This document shows, one piece after another, positions 36,566 through 46,348 of a stretch of DNA of 64,000 bases. This DNA is from Acutalibacteraceae bacterium. GTDB taxonomy: Bacteria; Bacillota; Clostridia; Oscillospirales; Acutalibacteraceae. Within the stretch, counting starts at the first letter, position 1. Every line of letters begins with the position of its first letter. The translations under genes were made by a program, and so were the position numbers. The stretch is taken from positions 51,456 to 115,455 of the forward strand of contig JAZNRD010000033.1 in assembly GCA_045590515.1 (NCBI GenBank), written 5' to 3'. The notes under the pieces were generated by a model. That model saw nothing but the letters and a program-made list of their open reading frames with translations, was not told the DNA's origin and did no database searches.

Positions 36566-37378
36566 TTAGACGAGGGAAAGCAATATTTCCTGTTCTATTT
36601 CGGGTTGCAGTGCAAAGTTTATAGCGTGCGACAAAAGCTCACTCGCGCGGGATATTAGCAAATCTATATCCCGTATTGTGACCAAAAAACCGTCCTTACC
36701 TCCTAAATTTCCCGAGTCGGTTACGGTGGGAATTCCAACTGCTATAACGGGTATGCCAAGCGTTTGCTCGCTTAGCTCTTTGCGGCGGTTTCCAACGCCT
36801 GAACCGGGCGAAATTCCCGTGTTGCTTATCTGCACAGTGGTGCCAAGCCGTATAACATCCGCCGCGGCAAGCGCATCCACCGCAATAACTGCCTCCGGCT
36901 TTACGGTATCACAAACGGCGCGTATCACCTCTGCCGACTCTATCCCCGTCCGACCAAGCACCCCGGGGGACAGCACCGCAACGCTTTTAAACTCAAGCCC
37001 CGTGCTTTTTTGAAATTCAGCCGATAAATGCCGCGTTGCAAGCACGCCGTCGGCCGTTCGGGGACCTAAAGCATCGGGTGTTATTTCGGTGTTGCCGACA
37101 CCTATAACGAGCACCCTTTCCCTGCCGTTTAACAGCTTCTTTATCTCACCCGCTATAACCCTTGCCGCGCCGTCGGTCTCTGAAAGGCCGAGCGCAATAT
37201 CGCCAACATCGGCGGTTATATATCTGCCCACACGCCTACCCGTTTCCTTTGAAGCATTTTCGGTTTCCACCGTTATGTCAGTGATATTCACACCGTTTTC
37301 ACTGCGCTCTTTTTTTACAATTCCCTCATACGATTTTACCTGCTCACACGCCTCAACTGCCAAGTCTGTTGACCACAT
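36566..37378 (-). CDS. gpr: GPR endopeptidase (spore germination protease)
   Basis: STDLAVEA motif near the N-terminus and GVGN...PDALGP region. Start uncertain (ATG 37378 versus upstream TTG 37429). Confidence 0.85.
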   Translation of the reverse strand: MWSTDLAVEACEQVKSYEGIVKKERSENGVNITDITVETENASKETGRRVGRYITADVGDIALGLSETDGAARVIAGEIKKLLNGRERVLVIGVGNTEITPDALGPRTADGVLATRHLSAEFQKSTGLEFKSVAVLSPGVLGRTGIESAEVIRAVCDTVKPEAVIAVDALAAADVIRLGTTVQISNTGISPGSGVGNRRKELSEQTLGIPVIAVGIPTVTDSGNLGGKDGFLVTIRDIDLLISRASELLSHAINFALQPEIEQEILLSLV

Positions 37379-37479
37379 TTTACCAGTTCCTTTGCCGTTT
37401 TTAGTATTATTGGTAGCAAAGAAGAACAATATACCGCGTATATTTGTGAACTTTTAGAGGCAAAATTTTAAAAAAAGTG

Positions 37480-37508
37480 TTGCATTTCTCTTCAATTAGT
37501 GGTAAAAT
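37480..37508 (+). promoter_or_regulatory. sigma-A promoter TTGCAT-17-TAAAAT
   Basis: TTGCAT at 37480-37485, TAAAAT at 37503-37508, upstream of rpsT. Confidence 0.6.
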
Positions 37509-37542
37509 GCCTTTACATGAGATTTTACGAGGAGGTGGGAAA

Positions 37543-37806
37543 ATGCCTAACATCAAGTCTGCAAAGAAGCGTGTTATCGTAAGTGAGAATAACGCAATGC
37601 GTAATAAGAGCATCCGTTCTGAGCTTCGCACTTCTATAAAGAAGGCTGACGCAGCTATCGCAAACAACGCTTCCGATAAGGATGCAGCTGTAAAGCTTGC
37701 CGTTAAGAAAATCGATGCGGCTACCACTAAGGGTATTCTTCACAAGAACAATGCCGCCAGAAAGAAGTCTGCGCTTGTTAAGCGTCTTAACAAAGCTGAG
37801 GCTTAA
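37543..37806 (+). CDS. rpsT: 30S ribosomal protein S20
   Basis: MPNIKSAKKRVIVSENNAMRNKSIRSELRT. RBS GAGGAGG upstream. The ORF-track start is too far upstream. Confidence 0.95.
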   Translation: MPNIKSAKKRVIVSENNAMRNKSIRSELRTSIKKADAAIANNASDKDAAVKLAVKKIDAATTKGILHKNNAARKKSALVKRLNKAEA

Positions 37807-37830
37807 AGCAGTTATTTAATTGAAGCATTT

Positions 37831-37859
37831 CAGGCCTTGCTTCGCAAGGTCTGTTTTTT
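37831..37859 (+). terminator. rho-independent terminator of rpsT
   Basis: CAGGCCTTGC-TTC-GCAAGGTCTG followed by TTTTTT. Confidence 0.75.
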
Positions 37860-37915
37860 GCTACATTCAGCACAAGGCTTAAAATAAAACCGGCAGTCCC
37901 CTGTCGGTTTTCTTC

Positions 37916-37944
37916 TTGACTTTATGCACACGCACCTATATAAT
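37916..37944 (+). promoter_or_regulatory. consensus-like promoter TTGACT-17-TATAAT
   Basis: TTGACT at 37916-37921, TATAAT at 37939-37944, upstream of greA. Confidence 0.65.
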
Positions 37945-38012
37945 GTATAAATGTATGTATATAATACATTGACTCCGCATATTATTTTAAAAAACATAAG
38001 GAGATTATTGTA

Positions 38013-38477
38013 GTGGCTAAAACAATTCGTCTTACCGACGACGGCCTTAAAAAGCTCCAGAATGAGCTTGAGTATTTAAAAACCGAAGGCCGTAAGGACA
38101 TAGCAGAAAAAATCAAGGTTGCCAGAGGTTACGGCGACCTTTCCGAAAACAGCGAATATGATGAGGCAAAGAATGACCAGGCTAAGATAGAGGCTCGCAT
38201 TGTTGAACTCGAAAGCATGCTCAAAAATGTGGAAATTATCCAGGCAGAGTCGGGCGACACCGTAACAATGGGCTCTAAGCTCAAGGTGCTCGATGTTGAG
38301 TTTGATGAAGAGTGCGAGTATCAGATTGTCGGCTCACCCGAGGCTGACTCAAGACGCGGTCTGATTTCCGACGAATCACCCGTTGGAAAGGCTTTGCTCG
38401 GACACAAGGTGGGCGACGAGGTCGTAGCTGAGGCTCCGGGTGGAAACATCGTTTTCAAAATCTTAGAAATATATTAA
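38013..38477 (+). CDS. greA: transcription elongation factor GreA
   Basis: 154 aa, GTG start after [23 protein letters not shown]...[17 protein letters not shown] is the GreA coiled-coil signature. Confidence 0.93.
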   Translation: MAKTIRLTDDGLKKLQNELEYLKTEGRKDIAEKIKVARGYGDLSENSEYDEAKNDQAKIEARIVELESMLKNVEIIQAESGDTVTMGSKLKVLDVEFDEECEYQIVGSPEADSRRGLISDESPVGKALLGHKVGDEVVAEAPGGNIVFKILEIY

Positions 38478-38537
38478 TTTTCGGGGCAGTCCACTGACTG
38501 CCCTTGTTTTAAGTTTTACTTAAAAGGACGTGAATTT

Positions 38538-40028
38538 ATGGCAGAAAATAACAACAATGTGCAGGATATGAACGAAATACTGCGCGTTCGCCGTGAAAAG
38601 CTTGCAGCACTTAAGGAGTCGGGAAACGACCCGTTCCTTATCACTAAATTTGACTTTGATAACGACTCTAAGAATATCAAGGACAATTTTGAAAGCTTTG
38701 ACGGTAAAACCGTTAAAATCGCAGGCAGAATCGTTGCGCGTCGTATAATGGGCAAGGCAAGCTTTGTCGGCCTTTCCGATTCTACAGGCAAGATTCAGCT
38801 TTATGTCCGCCGCGAAGATGTTGGCGAGGAAAACTACGCCGGCTTCAAAAAGTGGGACATTGGTGATATTATGGGTGTTGAGGGCTTTGTTTTCAAAACC
38901 CAGACAGGCGAAATTTCGGTTCACGCACAGAAAATTACCCTGCTTTCAAAGTCGCTTTTACCCCTGCCCGAGAAATTTCACGGACTTACTAATAACGACC
39001 TTCGTTTCCGTCAGCGCTATGTTGACCTCATTATGAACGAGGGGGTTAAGCGCAACTTTGTAATCCGTTCGCAGTTTATAAAGTATATGCGTAAATACCT
39101 TGACGATATGAAGTATATCGAGGTTGAAACTCCCGTGCTCAACACCATCGTTGGCGGTGCTGCTGCACGTCCGTTTATCACACACCACAACACGCTTAAC
39201 ATTCCTATGTATATGCGCATCGCGACCGAGTTGCCGCTTAAGCGTCTTATAGTCGGCGGAATGGACCGCGTATATGAAATCGGCAGAATCTTCAGAAATG
39301 AGGGAATGGACCCCAAGCACAACCCCGAATTTACGACGGTTGAGCTTTATCAGGCTTATGCCGACTTCCACGATATGATGGACATCGCCGAAGGAATAAT
39401 CTCCGGCGCCGCAAAGGAAATCCACGGCACCTATGAGGTTGAATGGCTCGGCGAGAAGATTGACCTCACACCCGGCTGGCGCAGACTTACAATGGTAGAC
39501 GCCGTAAAGGAATACGCAGGCATTGACTTCGGCGCAATCACCGACGATGCAGAGGCTGTTGCAGCGGCAGAGTCTATTGGTGTTGAGCTTGCCGATACTG
39601 CCGACAAGACCTGGGGTAACGCACTTTACGCCTGCTTCGACCAGCGCGTTGAAGAAAAGCTCATCCAGCCTACATTTATTACAATGTATCCTGTTGAGGT
39701 TTCGCCGCTTACCAAGGCTTCTCCCGAGGACCCGCGCCTTACCGAGCGCTTTGAGCTGTTCGTATGCCACAGTGAGCTTGCAAACGCATATTCCGAGCTT
39801 AACGACCCCATCGTACAGCGCGAGCGTTTTGAAAAGCAGTTAGAGCTGCGCGAGCGTGGCGACGACGAGGCAGAGATGCTCGACGAGGATTTCTTAACCG
39901 CAATGGAATACGGCATGCCCCCCACAGGCGGCATGGGCATCGGCATCGACCGCGTGGTAATGATGTTGACCGGCTCCGACACCATCCGCGAGGTAATCCT
40001 CTTCCCCACAATGAAACCGTTAGACTAA
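38538..40028 (+). CDS. lysS: lysine--tRNA ligase (class II)
   Basis: 496 aa. Contains the RQRYVDLI motif, RIFRNEG (class II motif 2) and GGMGIGIDR (motif 3). Confidence 0.95.
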   Translation: MAENNNNVQDMNEILRVRREKLAALKESGNDPFLITKFDFDNDSKNIKDNFESFDGKTVKIAGRIVARRIMGKASFVGLSDSTGKIQLYVRREDVGEENYAGFKKWDIGDIMGVEGFVFKTQTGEISVHAQKITLLSKSLLPLPEKFHGLTNNDLRFRQRYVDLIMNEGVKRNFVIRSQFIKYMRKYLDDMKYIEVETPVLNTIVGGAAARPFITHHNTLNIPMYMRIATELPLKRLIVGGMDRVYEIGRIFRNEGMDPKHNPEFTTVELYQAYADFHDMMDIAEGIISGAAKEIHGTYEVEWLGEKIDLTPGWRRLTMVDAVKEYAGIDFGAITDDAEAVAAAESIGVELADTADKTWGNALYACFDQRVEEKLIQPTFITMYPVEVSPLTKASPEDPRLTERFELFVCHSELANAYSELNDPIVQRERFEKQLELRERGDDEAEMLDEDFLTAMEYGMPPTGGMGIGIDRVVMMLTGSDTIREVILFPTMKPLD

Positions 40029-40033
40029 TAATC

Positions 40034-40068
40034 AAAGGACTATGACCGAAAAGTCATAGTCCTTTTTT
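40034..40068. terminator. bidirectional terminator
   Basis: AAAGGACTATGAC-CGAAAA-GTCATAGTCCTTTTTT. Confidence 0.8.
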
Positions 40069-40543
40069 ATTGATATTTTTGAATATATTTCTTTGCAATG
40101 TTTCTAATCCAAGTTCTTTTGTGTTTAACAAACGGCAATATGGCAGTTACATATTGTCCAGCTTGCATTTTATACAATGTGTCAATTACATGACCATCAA
40201 TGTCGTCACTAATAAGTAACGGTGCTAATTTATCGGAATAATTTTGATATGCCTTTTTTCCTAACAGCATCACAAAACTTTGTCTGCCTCTTTTTGCTCT
40301 TTCATCCAAGCAAATGCTTATAACTCGGGCAATTTGGGAATCTGTCAAAACTTTTTTGTTATTAAAAATTAGTTGCCTGATTTCTTCACCTATTTCCCAT
40401 ATTTCGTGTTCAAACATATACCAATCGTGAACATCAGGAGCAAGTTCCATAAAAGGCAAATCGGGTAATTTTTCGTCAGGAATTTTATCTTCTGCTTTTT
40501 TTAGCAAAATATCAAGTTGTTGGTCAAAACTTTTTCTATCCAT
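40067..40543 (-). CDS. hypothetical protein, AT-rich orphan gene
   Basis: Start set to MDRKSFDQQ, 7 nt after GGAGGG. No recognisable motif, predicted all-helical and soluble. Markedly lower GC than the neighbouring lysS. Confidence 0.5.
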   Translation of the reverse strand: MDRKSFDQQLDILLKKAEDKIPDEKLPDLPFMELAPDVHDWYMFEHEIWEIGEEIRQLIFNNKKVLTDSQIARVISICLDERAKRGRQSFVMLLGKKAYQNYSDKLAPLLISDDIDGHVIDTLYKMQAGQYVTAILPFVKHKRTWIRNIAKKYIQKYQ

Positions 40544-40820
40544 AAAATCACCCTCCTTTTTCTTAATTATATCATATATTATTAAAAACTGCAATGTGTC
40601 ATATTTGATTGATTTTAGACCATTTTTTAGACCATTTCAGAGGTATGATATGTGCTGAAAAAGTAAGTTGAGGTAAGATAATTTTTCAAGGGTAAAAATG
40701 GTGTGTTTTGTGCGAGTAATAAAAACAACAAAAAAGCAAGATTAGGTAAGATATTTTGATTTCAATTTTATAACCCTTGCATACTCCCCACAATGAAGCC
40801 GCTTTCAGAGTAAAACTGTG

Positions 40821-40859
40821 CCGCAAACGCTTATTTCTTAGCGTTTGCGGTGTTTTGTT
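40821..40859 (+). terminator. orphan plus-strand terminator hairpin in a non-coding region
   Basis: CCGCAAACGC-10 nt loop-GCGTTTGCGG followed by TGTTTTGTT. No CDS lies upstream. Confidence 0.55.
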
Positions 40860-40974
40860 AATCCAAGACTATGTTCAAAAATTAGATTTACGACGGATTT
40901 ACGACAAAAACCCTCGTGAACTTTCTTTGAGCCATACGACAAATAGATGTCGTAAACATATAGTTTTTCATAAA

Positions 40975-41016
40975 AATAAGGCTTTAACCTTAGTTGGTTA
41001 GAGCCTTATTTTTTTG
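40975..41016 (+). terminator. second orphan plus-strand terminator hairpin
   Basis: AATAAGGCT...AGCCTTATT stem extended by an inner TAACC/GGTTA stem, followed by TTTTTT. Confidence 0.55.
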
Positions 41017-41025
41017 TTAGAGCTA

Positions 41026-41054
41026 TTGACTTTTAATAGGGTTAGCAGTAAAAT
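41026..41054 (+). promoter_or_regulatory. promoter TTGACT-17-TAAAAT
   Basis: TTGACT at 41026-41031, TAAAAT at 41049-41054, upstream of the TetR gene. Confidence 0.6.
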
Positions 41055-41096
41055 AACAATTGATATATAACAACAACTATATTAAGGAGAAATTTT

Positions 41097-41657
41097 ATGC
41101 CACCCAAGGTTAAAGTGACAAAAGAAGATGTTATCAATGCTGCCGTTGATATTGTGCGATGCAGTGGAGCGCAAGCGATTAATGCAAGAACGATTGCCTC
41201 TGCATTGAACTGTTCGACACAGCCGGTGTTCTCAAACTTCGCTTCAATGGACGAGCTGCGTCTTGCTGTGGTAGAAAGGGCAGATAAATTGTGTCAAGAG
41301 TATATGCAGCGAGAAGTTGAAAGTGGAGAGTTCCCTGCTTACAAGGCAAACGGCATGGCTTACATACGATTTGCCAAAGAAGAAAAAGAGTTGTTTAAAC
41401 TCTTGTATATGCGCGACCGTTCTAGCGAATTGATTCCAGAAACAACAGAGCAAACCGACAAGATGGAGTCTATTGTCCATAATAATACAGGACTTAGTGG
41501 TATAGATGCAAAGTTGTTCCATCTTGAAATGTGGGCGTACGTTCACGGAATTGCCACTATGTTTGCAACAGGCTTTTTTGACCTTGATTGGGAGCTTGTG
41601 AGTAAAATGCTTACAGATTCCTATCAGGGACTCAGAAAACAGTATGGAATGGAGTAA
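41097..41657 (+). CDS. TetR/AcrR-family transcriptional regulator
   Basis: 186 aa. N-terminal HTH (VINAAVDIVRCSGAQAINARTIASALNCSTQPVFSNF). Confidence 0.85.
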   Translation: MPPKVKVTKEDVINAAVDIVRCSGAQAINARTIASALNCSTQPVFSNFASMDELRLAVVERADKLCQEYMQREVESGEFPAYKANGMAYIRFAKEEKELFKLLYMRDRSSELIPETTEQTDKMESIVHNNTGLSGIDAKLFHLEMWAYVHGIATMFATGFFDLDWELVSKMLTDSYQGLRKQYGME

Positions 41658-41663
41658 TCAGTT

Positions 41664-42392
41664 ATGGACGCTATTAGGATTGAAGGTTTAACAAAAAAAT
41701 ATAAAGATGTAGTTGCGGTTGATAATCTTAATATTACTGTTCACAAAGGTGAATTGTTTTCCCTGCTCGGTGTAAACGGTGCAGGAAAAACAACCACCAT
41801 AAAGATGCTGTCCTGCCTTACAAAACCCACAAGCGGCGATGCCTTTTTGAACGGAAAAAGTATTTGCAACGATTCTGCCGCCGTGAAATCAATTATAGCC
41901 GTTTCTCCGCAGGAAACTGCGGTTGCACCCGGTCTGTCTGTTCGTGAAAATCTTGAGCTCATGTGCGGTGTTCACGGATTCACAAGGAACAGGCAGAATT
42001 CAAAAATTGCAGAACTGACCGAATTGCTTGGACTTAAAACTGTTATTGAGAAAAAGGCAGGTAAGCTTTCGGGTGGCTGGCAACGCAGATTGAGTATTGC
42101 TATGGCGCTGATTAGCGAGCCTGAAATTCTTTTCCTTGACGAACCCACGCTTGGACTTGATGTGCTTGCACGGAGTGACCTATGGGATATAATTCGTTCT
42201 CTTAAAGAGAAGATTACGGTTATTTTGACAACACACTATATGGAAGAAGCAGAAGCTCTGTCCGACCGCATTGCTATTATGAAAGACGGAAAACTTCTTA
42301 TCTGCGACACCTCTGACAAGATTAAGGAAACAGCGGGAACGGATAATTTTGAGCAAGCATTTATTCATATTGTCAAGGGGGTATCAAGATGA
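41664..42392 (+). CDS. ABC transporter ATP-binding protein (DrrA/ABC-2 type)
   Basis: 242 aa. Walker A GVNGAGKTT, signature LSGGWQRRL, Walker B ILFLDEP. Confidence 0.88.
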   Translation: MDAIRIEGLTKKYKDVVAVDNLNITVHKGELFSLLGVNGAGKTTTIKMLSCLTKPTSGDAFLNGKSICNDSAAVKSIIAVSPQETAVAPGLSVRENLELMCGVHGFTRNRQNSKIAELTELLGLKTVIEKKAGKLSGGWQRRLSIAMALISEPEILFLDEPTLGLDVLARSDLWDIIRSLKEKITVILTTHYMEEAEALSDRIAIMKDGKLLICDTSDKIKETAGTDNFEQAFIHIVKGVSR

Positions 42393-43120
42393 GAATGCTC
42401 ACATTTGCAAACAGAAATACAAAAGAAATATTACGAGATCCGCTAACTCTATTCTTCGGACTCGGCTTCCCACTCGTCTTAATTTTTTTGTTAAGTGCTA
42501 TACAAGCAAATATCCCCGTAGGGCTATTTGAAATACAGCGTTTAACTCCTGGCATTACAGTTTTCGGTCTGGCATTTATGACTTTATTTTCTGCAACCAT
42601 TATTGCAAAAGACAGAGGCAGTTCCCTGCTCCAACGCTTATATACTACACCGCTGACTCCGCTGGATTTTATTCTCGGTTACACTCTGCCTATTATTCCG
42701 ATTGCTGTTGCTCAATGCGTAATTTGTTATATTGCTGCGATTATTCTCGGATTAAAAATTACAGTTGGAATTTTATACGCTGTTGTATTTATCATTCCTG
42801 TTTCAACCCTCTACATTGCCTTGGGTCTCCTTTGCGGAAGCATGTTTACCGATAAGCAGGTCGGCGGTATCTGCGGTGCTCTGCTAACCAACCTTTCAGC
42901 GTGGCTGTCCGGTGTTTGGTTTGACCTTAACCTTGTAGGCGGAACCTTTAAAAAAATCGCCTACGCTCTCCCGTTTGTTCATGCCGTAGATATGGAACGG
43001 GCTATACTTGCAGGAGATTTTTTAGGGATTTTTCCTCATCTTTGGTGGGTACTTGGATATGCTGCCGTTCTGCTCGTATTGGCGGTGTTGATGTTCCTGC
43101 GACAGATGAAAAAACAGTAA
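42389..43120 (+). CDS. ABC-2 type transporter permease
   Basis: 243 aa with six predicted TM helices. 4-nt overlap with the ATPase gene. Confidence 0.8.
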   Translation: MRMLTFANRNTKEILRDPLTLFFGLGFPLVLIFLLSAIQANIPVGLFEIQRLTPGITVFGLAFMTLFSATIIAKDRGSSLLQRLYTTPLTPLDFILGYTLPIIPIAVAQCVICYIAAIILGLKITVGILYAVVFIIPVSTLYIALGLLCGSMFTDKQVGGICGALLTNLSAWLSGVWFDLNLVGGTFKKIAYALPFVHAVDMERAILAGDFLGIFPHLWWVLGYAAVLLVLAVLMFLRQMKKQ

Positions 43121-43176
43121 TTTTTCATATTGGAGAATATGTACTTCATTGTCGTGCATGGCAAACACATTCATAT

Positions 43177-43207
43177 AAAAAAGACCGTGTTTTCACGGTC
43201 TTTTTTA
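43177..43207 (+). terminator. rho-independent terminator
   Basis: AAAAAAGACCGTG-TTTTC-ACGGTCTTTTTT. Confidence 0.8.
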
Positions 43208-43413
43208 TTTTCTATCTTTAAAAATACAAAATTATAGCATAATTTTACATTTTAATCTATTTTTTTGCTCCTCAGGCACATTTTTTTATTTTATTTCGCA
43301 AAAAACATTATCTAAATCGTTGCTATTTTTGTATATATATGATATAATTCTATGGATATTAAAATAAAATAGTCGTATTGCGCGCATATAATAAATTTTT
43401 CAAGGTGAAGCAT

Positions 43414-44616
43414 ATGAACATTAAATTTTCCCCTCCTGATATTTCAGAGAAAGAAATTATAGAGGTAACCAAGGCCTTGCAGTCGGGGTGGATTACTACT
43501 GGACCCAAAACCAAAGAACTAGAGGCACACATATCTAATTATATTGGCGTTAATCGTTGTGTATGTTTAAATTCACAAACCGCATGTGCCGAGATGGCTC
43601 TTCGCATCATGGGTATTGGAGCAGGAGACGAGGTTATCACTTGCGCCTATACATATACCGCATCAGCATCAGTAATAGACCATGTTGGTGCAAAAATTGT
43701 GCTTGTCGACACCCAAGAAAACAGTCTTGAAATGGACTATGTTGCCCTTGAATCTGCTATAAGCGAAAAAACTAAAGCGATTATACCTATTGATTTGGCA
43801 GGAATCCCTTGTGATTATGATAAAATTTTTGAAATCGTAGAAAGAAAACGCAACATTTTCAAACCCAACAACGATATTCAAAAGTCGTTAGGCAGAATTG
43901 CTATTATGGCAGATACAGCACATGCATTTGGCGCAACCCTGCAAAACAAACCTGTTGGCTCAATTGCCGACTTTTCAAGTTTTAGTTTTCATGCAGTCAA
44001 AAATCTCACCACGGCAGAAGGTGGCGCGCTGACTTGGAACACCATACCCGGTATAGCGGACGATGAAATATATCGTCGTCTTCAACTTTTTAGTCTTCAC
44101 GGGCAAAGCAAAGATGCCCTAGCAAAAACTCAACTCGGTGCCTGGGAGTATGACATAGTTGGAACATGGTATAAATGCAATATGACCGATGTTGCTGCTG
44201 CCATAGGTCTTGCTCAAATCAAAAGATATCCTTCTATGCTAAAGCGTAGAAAGGAAATAATAGAGAAATACGACAGTGCATTAAAGCCTCTTGGAATTGA
44301 GGTATTAGAGCATTATACTGACAATCATCAATCATCAGGACATCTTTATTTGACACGAATTCCGAATATCACCGCTGAACAGCGAAATGAAATTATCATA
44401 AAAATGGCTGAACAAGGCATCGCTTGCAATGTTCATTACAAACCGCTACCTATGCATACTGCATATAAGGAATTGGGGTTTGATATAAAAGATTTTCCTA
44501 ACGCATATAATCATTTTGCCAACGAAATCACTTTACCGCTTCACACTTGCCTTACAGACGATGAGGTTGATTATGTAATTAAAAAATATAAAACTATTTT
44601 GAAAGAGTACTTATAA
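43414..44616 (+). CDS. DegT/DnrJ/EryC1/StrS-family PLP-dependent sugar aminotransferase (PglE/EpsN-like)
   Basis: Start at MNIKFSPPDISEKEI after AAGGTGAAG. SGWITTGPKTKELE motif and FHAVKNLT (PLP lysine). Confidence 0.88.
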   Translation: MNIKFSPPDISEKEIIEVTKALQSGWITTGPKTKELEAHISNYIGVNRCVCLNSQTACAEMALRIMGIGAGDEVITCAYTYTASASVIDHVGAKIVLVDTQENSLEMDYVALESAISEKTKAIIPIDLAGIPCDYDKIFEIVERKRNIFKPNNDIQKSLGRIAIMADTAHAFGATLQNKPVGSIADFSSFSFHAVKNLTTAEGGALTWNTIPGIADDEIYRRLQLFSLHGQSKDALAKTQLGAWEYDIVGTWYKCNMTDVAAAIGLAQIKRYPSMLKRRKEIIEKYDSALKPLGIEVLEHYTDNHQSSGHLYLTRIPNITAEQRNEIIIKMAEQGIACNVHYKPLPMHTAYKELGFDIKDFPNAYNHFANEITLPLHTCLTDDEVDYVIKKYKTILKEYL

Positions 44617-44617
44617 T

Positions 44618-45364
44618 ATGATTTTAAAGAGTTGGGAAAAGCTTCCCATAGAATTTCAGACTGAGGACGTTCGCCCTTACTATGACATATTGCAAAGGAA
44701 AAAAATTGCGCTGATTTTAAAAAGGATTTTTGATATATTTGTATCACTTATATTATTGGTGCTTTTTTCGTGGATTTTCTTAATTTTAGCTATTGCTATA
44801 AAAATCGATTCTCCTGGTCCAATATTCTTTAGGCAAGAACGTGTTACCCAATATGGAAGAGTGTTTAAAATTTTTAAATTTCGCACTATGGTGAATAACG
44901 CTAACACATTGGGCCCTTCCGTTACAACTAGTGAGGATGAGCGTATAACTCGTATAGGTAAATTTATTCGCAAATGCCGACTTGATGAAATTAGTCAGCT
45001 TATAGATGTGTTGCGTGGCACAATGACCTTTGTAGGAACAAGACCAGAAGTACCAGAATATGTAAATCAGTACACACCCGAAATGTATGCTACCTTGCTT
45101 TTACCCGCAGGAATAACATCAGAAACCAGCATAGTTTTCAAAGACGAATCTGACATTATGCGTAATTCAAATAATATCAACGATTGCTATATAAATGAAA
45201 TTCTACCACAAAAAATGTATTACAATTTACAAACGCTCAAAGAAACCGGTTTAATATATGACATTAAAATAATGTTTTTAACATTTTTATCAGTCATAGG
45301 AATAAAAACCACAAACAAAACCCAAAAGCCAAGAAACATCGAAAAGGAAACGGTAACGTACTAA
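44618..45364 (+). CDS. small monotopic phosphoglycosyl transferase (bacterial sugar transferase, PglC/WbaP C-terminal type), priming enzyme
   Basis: 248 aa. IKRIFDI-type helix (LKRIFDIFVSLILL), then PGPIFFRQERV, KFRTM and DEISQL motifs. Confidence 0.88.
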   Translation: MILKSWEKLPIEFQTEDVRPYYDILQRKKIALILKRIFDIFVSLILLVLFSWIFLILAIAIKIDSPGPIFFRQERVTQYGRVFKIFKFRTMVNNANTLGPSVTTSEDERITRIGKFIRKCRLDEISQLIDVLRGTMTFVGTRPEVPEYVNQYTPEMYATLLLPAGITSETSIVFKDESDIMRNSNNINDCYINEILPQKMYYNLQTLKETGLIYDIKIMFLTFLSVIGIKTTNKTQKPRNIEKETVTY

Positions 45365-45366
45365 TT

Positions 45367-46335
45367 ATGAACAGCGAATTTGTTTCTCTAATTATACCTA
45401 CATACAATGAAGGCAAATATCTTTTAAATTGCTTGAATTCAATTCTTCACCAAACATACCCAAAAGAAAAAATTGAGATTTTAATAATAGACGGTGGCTC
45501 AACGGATGGCACTCACAACATCATTAATGCTTTCGTAGACATTTTACCAATTAGAAAAATTCACAATAAAGATAAAAAGACAACCTTTGCTCTTAACATG
45601 GGCATTAAGGAGGCTGTGGGAGAAATTATTTTGCGCCTCGACGCTCACGCAGAATATGACTGCCAATATGTAGAGAAATGTGTTTATTACTTAAATAATA
45701 TTGATGCACAAAATGTCGGTGGAGTTGCAACAACTCGCGGACACGGTTTTTGGGGAAGAATAAATGCAGAAATCTTATCTTCGCCTTTTGGTGTAGGCAA
45801 TTCAAAGTTTCGAACAGGGTCCGAAAGCGGATATGTCGATACTGTGCCGTTTGGAGCATTCAGAAAAAGTTTGATTGAAAAAATTGGTTTGTTCGATAAC
45901 GAATTATCCAGAAGCGAAGATAATGACTTTAACAGCCGCATTAGAGCTGCTGGCGGAAAAGTATATCTCGCTTCCGACATAAAATTTACATACTTTTGCC
46001 GCGACACGTTAAAAGGATTGTTTGGACAAGCAATTAAAAATGGAAACGCCCTTTTTATTACTATGCGAAAAAATCCTTCTGCAATGAGCTTGCGTCACTT
46101 TATTCCTTTTTTGTTTCTGCTATCATTAGTTGTTTTGCCACCGCTTTGTTTCAACACTTTTTTCAAAATTTCATTTATATGTGAAATAGTTCTGTATCTA
46201 ATACTGGATATATATTTTTCATTCTTTTGTGGAAAGTTAAAATATTCCTTTATTAGGATTTTACTATACCCACTATTCCATATGTGTTATGGTATAGGTT
46301 CTTTAATTGGATTGTTTAATTTAAAATTATACTAA
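45367..46335 (+). CDS. family 2 glycosyltransferase with a C-terminal membrane region
   Basis: 322 aa. VSLIIPTYNE, IDGGSTDGT and LDAH motifs, with C-terminal TM helices. Confidence 0.85.
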   Translation: MNSEFVSLIIPTYNEGKYLLNCLNSILHQTYPKEKIEILIIDGGSTDGTHNIINAFVDILPIRKIHNKDKKTTFALNMGIKEAVGEIILRLDAHAEYDCQYVEKCVYYLNNIDAQNVGGVATTRGHGFWGRINAEILSSPFGVGNSKFRTGSESGYVDTVPFGAFRKSLIEKIGLFDNELSRSEDNDFNSRIRAAGGKVYLASDIKFTYFCRDTLKGLFGQAIKNGNALFITMRKNPSAMSLRHFIPFLFLLSLVVLPPLCFNTFFKISFICEIVLYLILDIYFSFFCGKLKYSFIRILLYPLFHMCYGIGSLIGLFNLKLY

Positions 46336-46348
46336 TAAGGATACGACT

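Noticed and set aside
38958-39770. 270-aa minus-strand ORF
   Set aside because: It lies entirely antisense to lysS, whose class II aaRS motifs are unambiguous, and it has no motifs of its own.
40777-41001. 74-aa plus-strand ORF in the lysS-tetR gap
   Set aside because: It reads straight through an intrinsic terminator hairpin, has no RBS and has an implausible composition.
41664-43120. ABC-2 transporter as the exporter (Wzm/Wzt or TagGH) of the adjacent polysaccharide locus
   Set aside because: It is co-transcribed with a TetR regulator and separated from the glycan locus by a strong terminator plus ~200 nt of promoter-like DNA. Its GC content is clearly higher than that of the AT-rich locus. 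It is more likely a drug or lipid efflux module.
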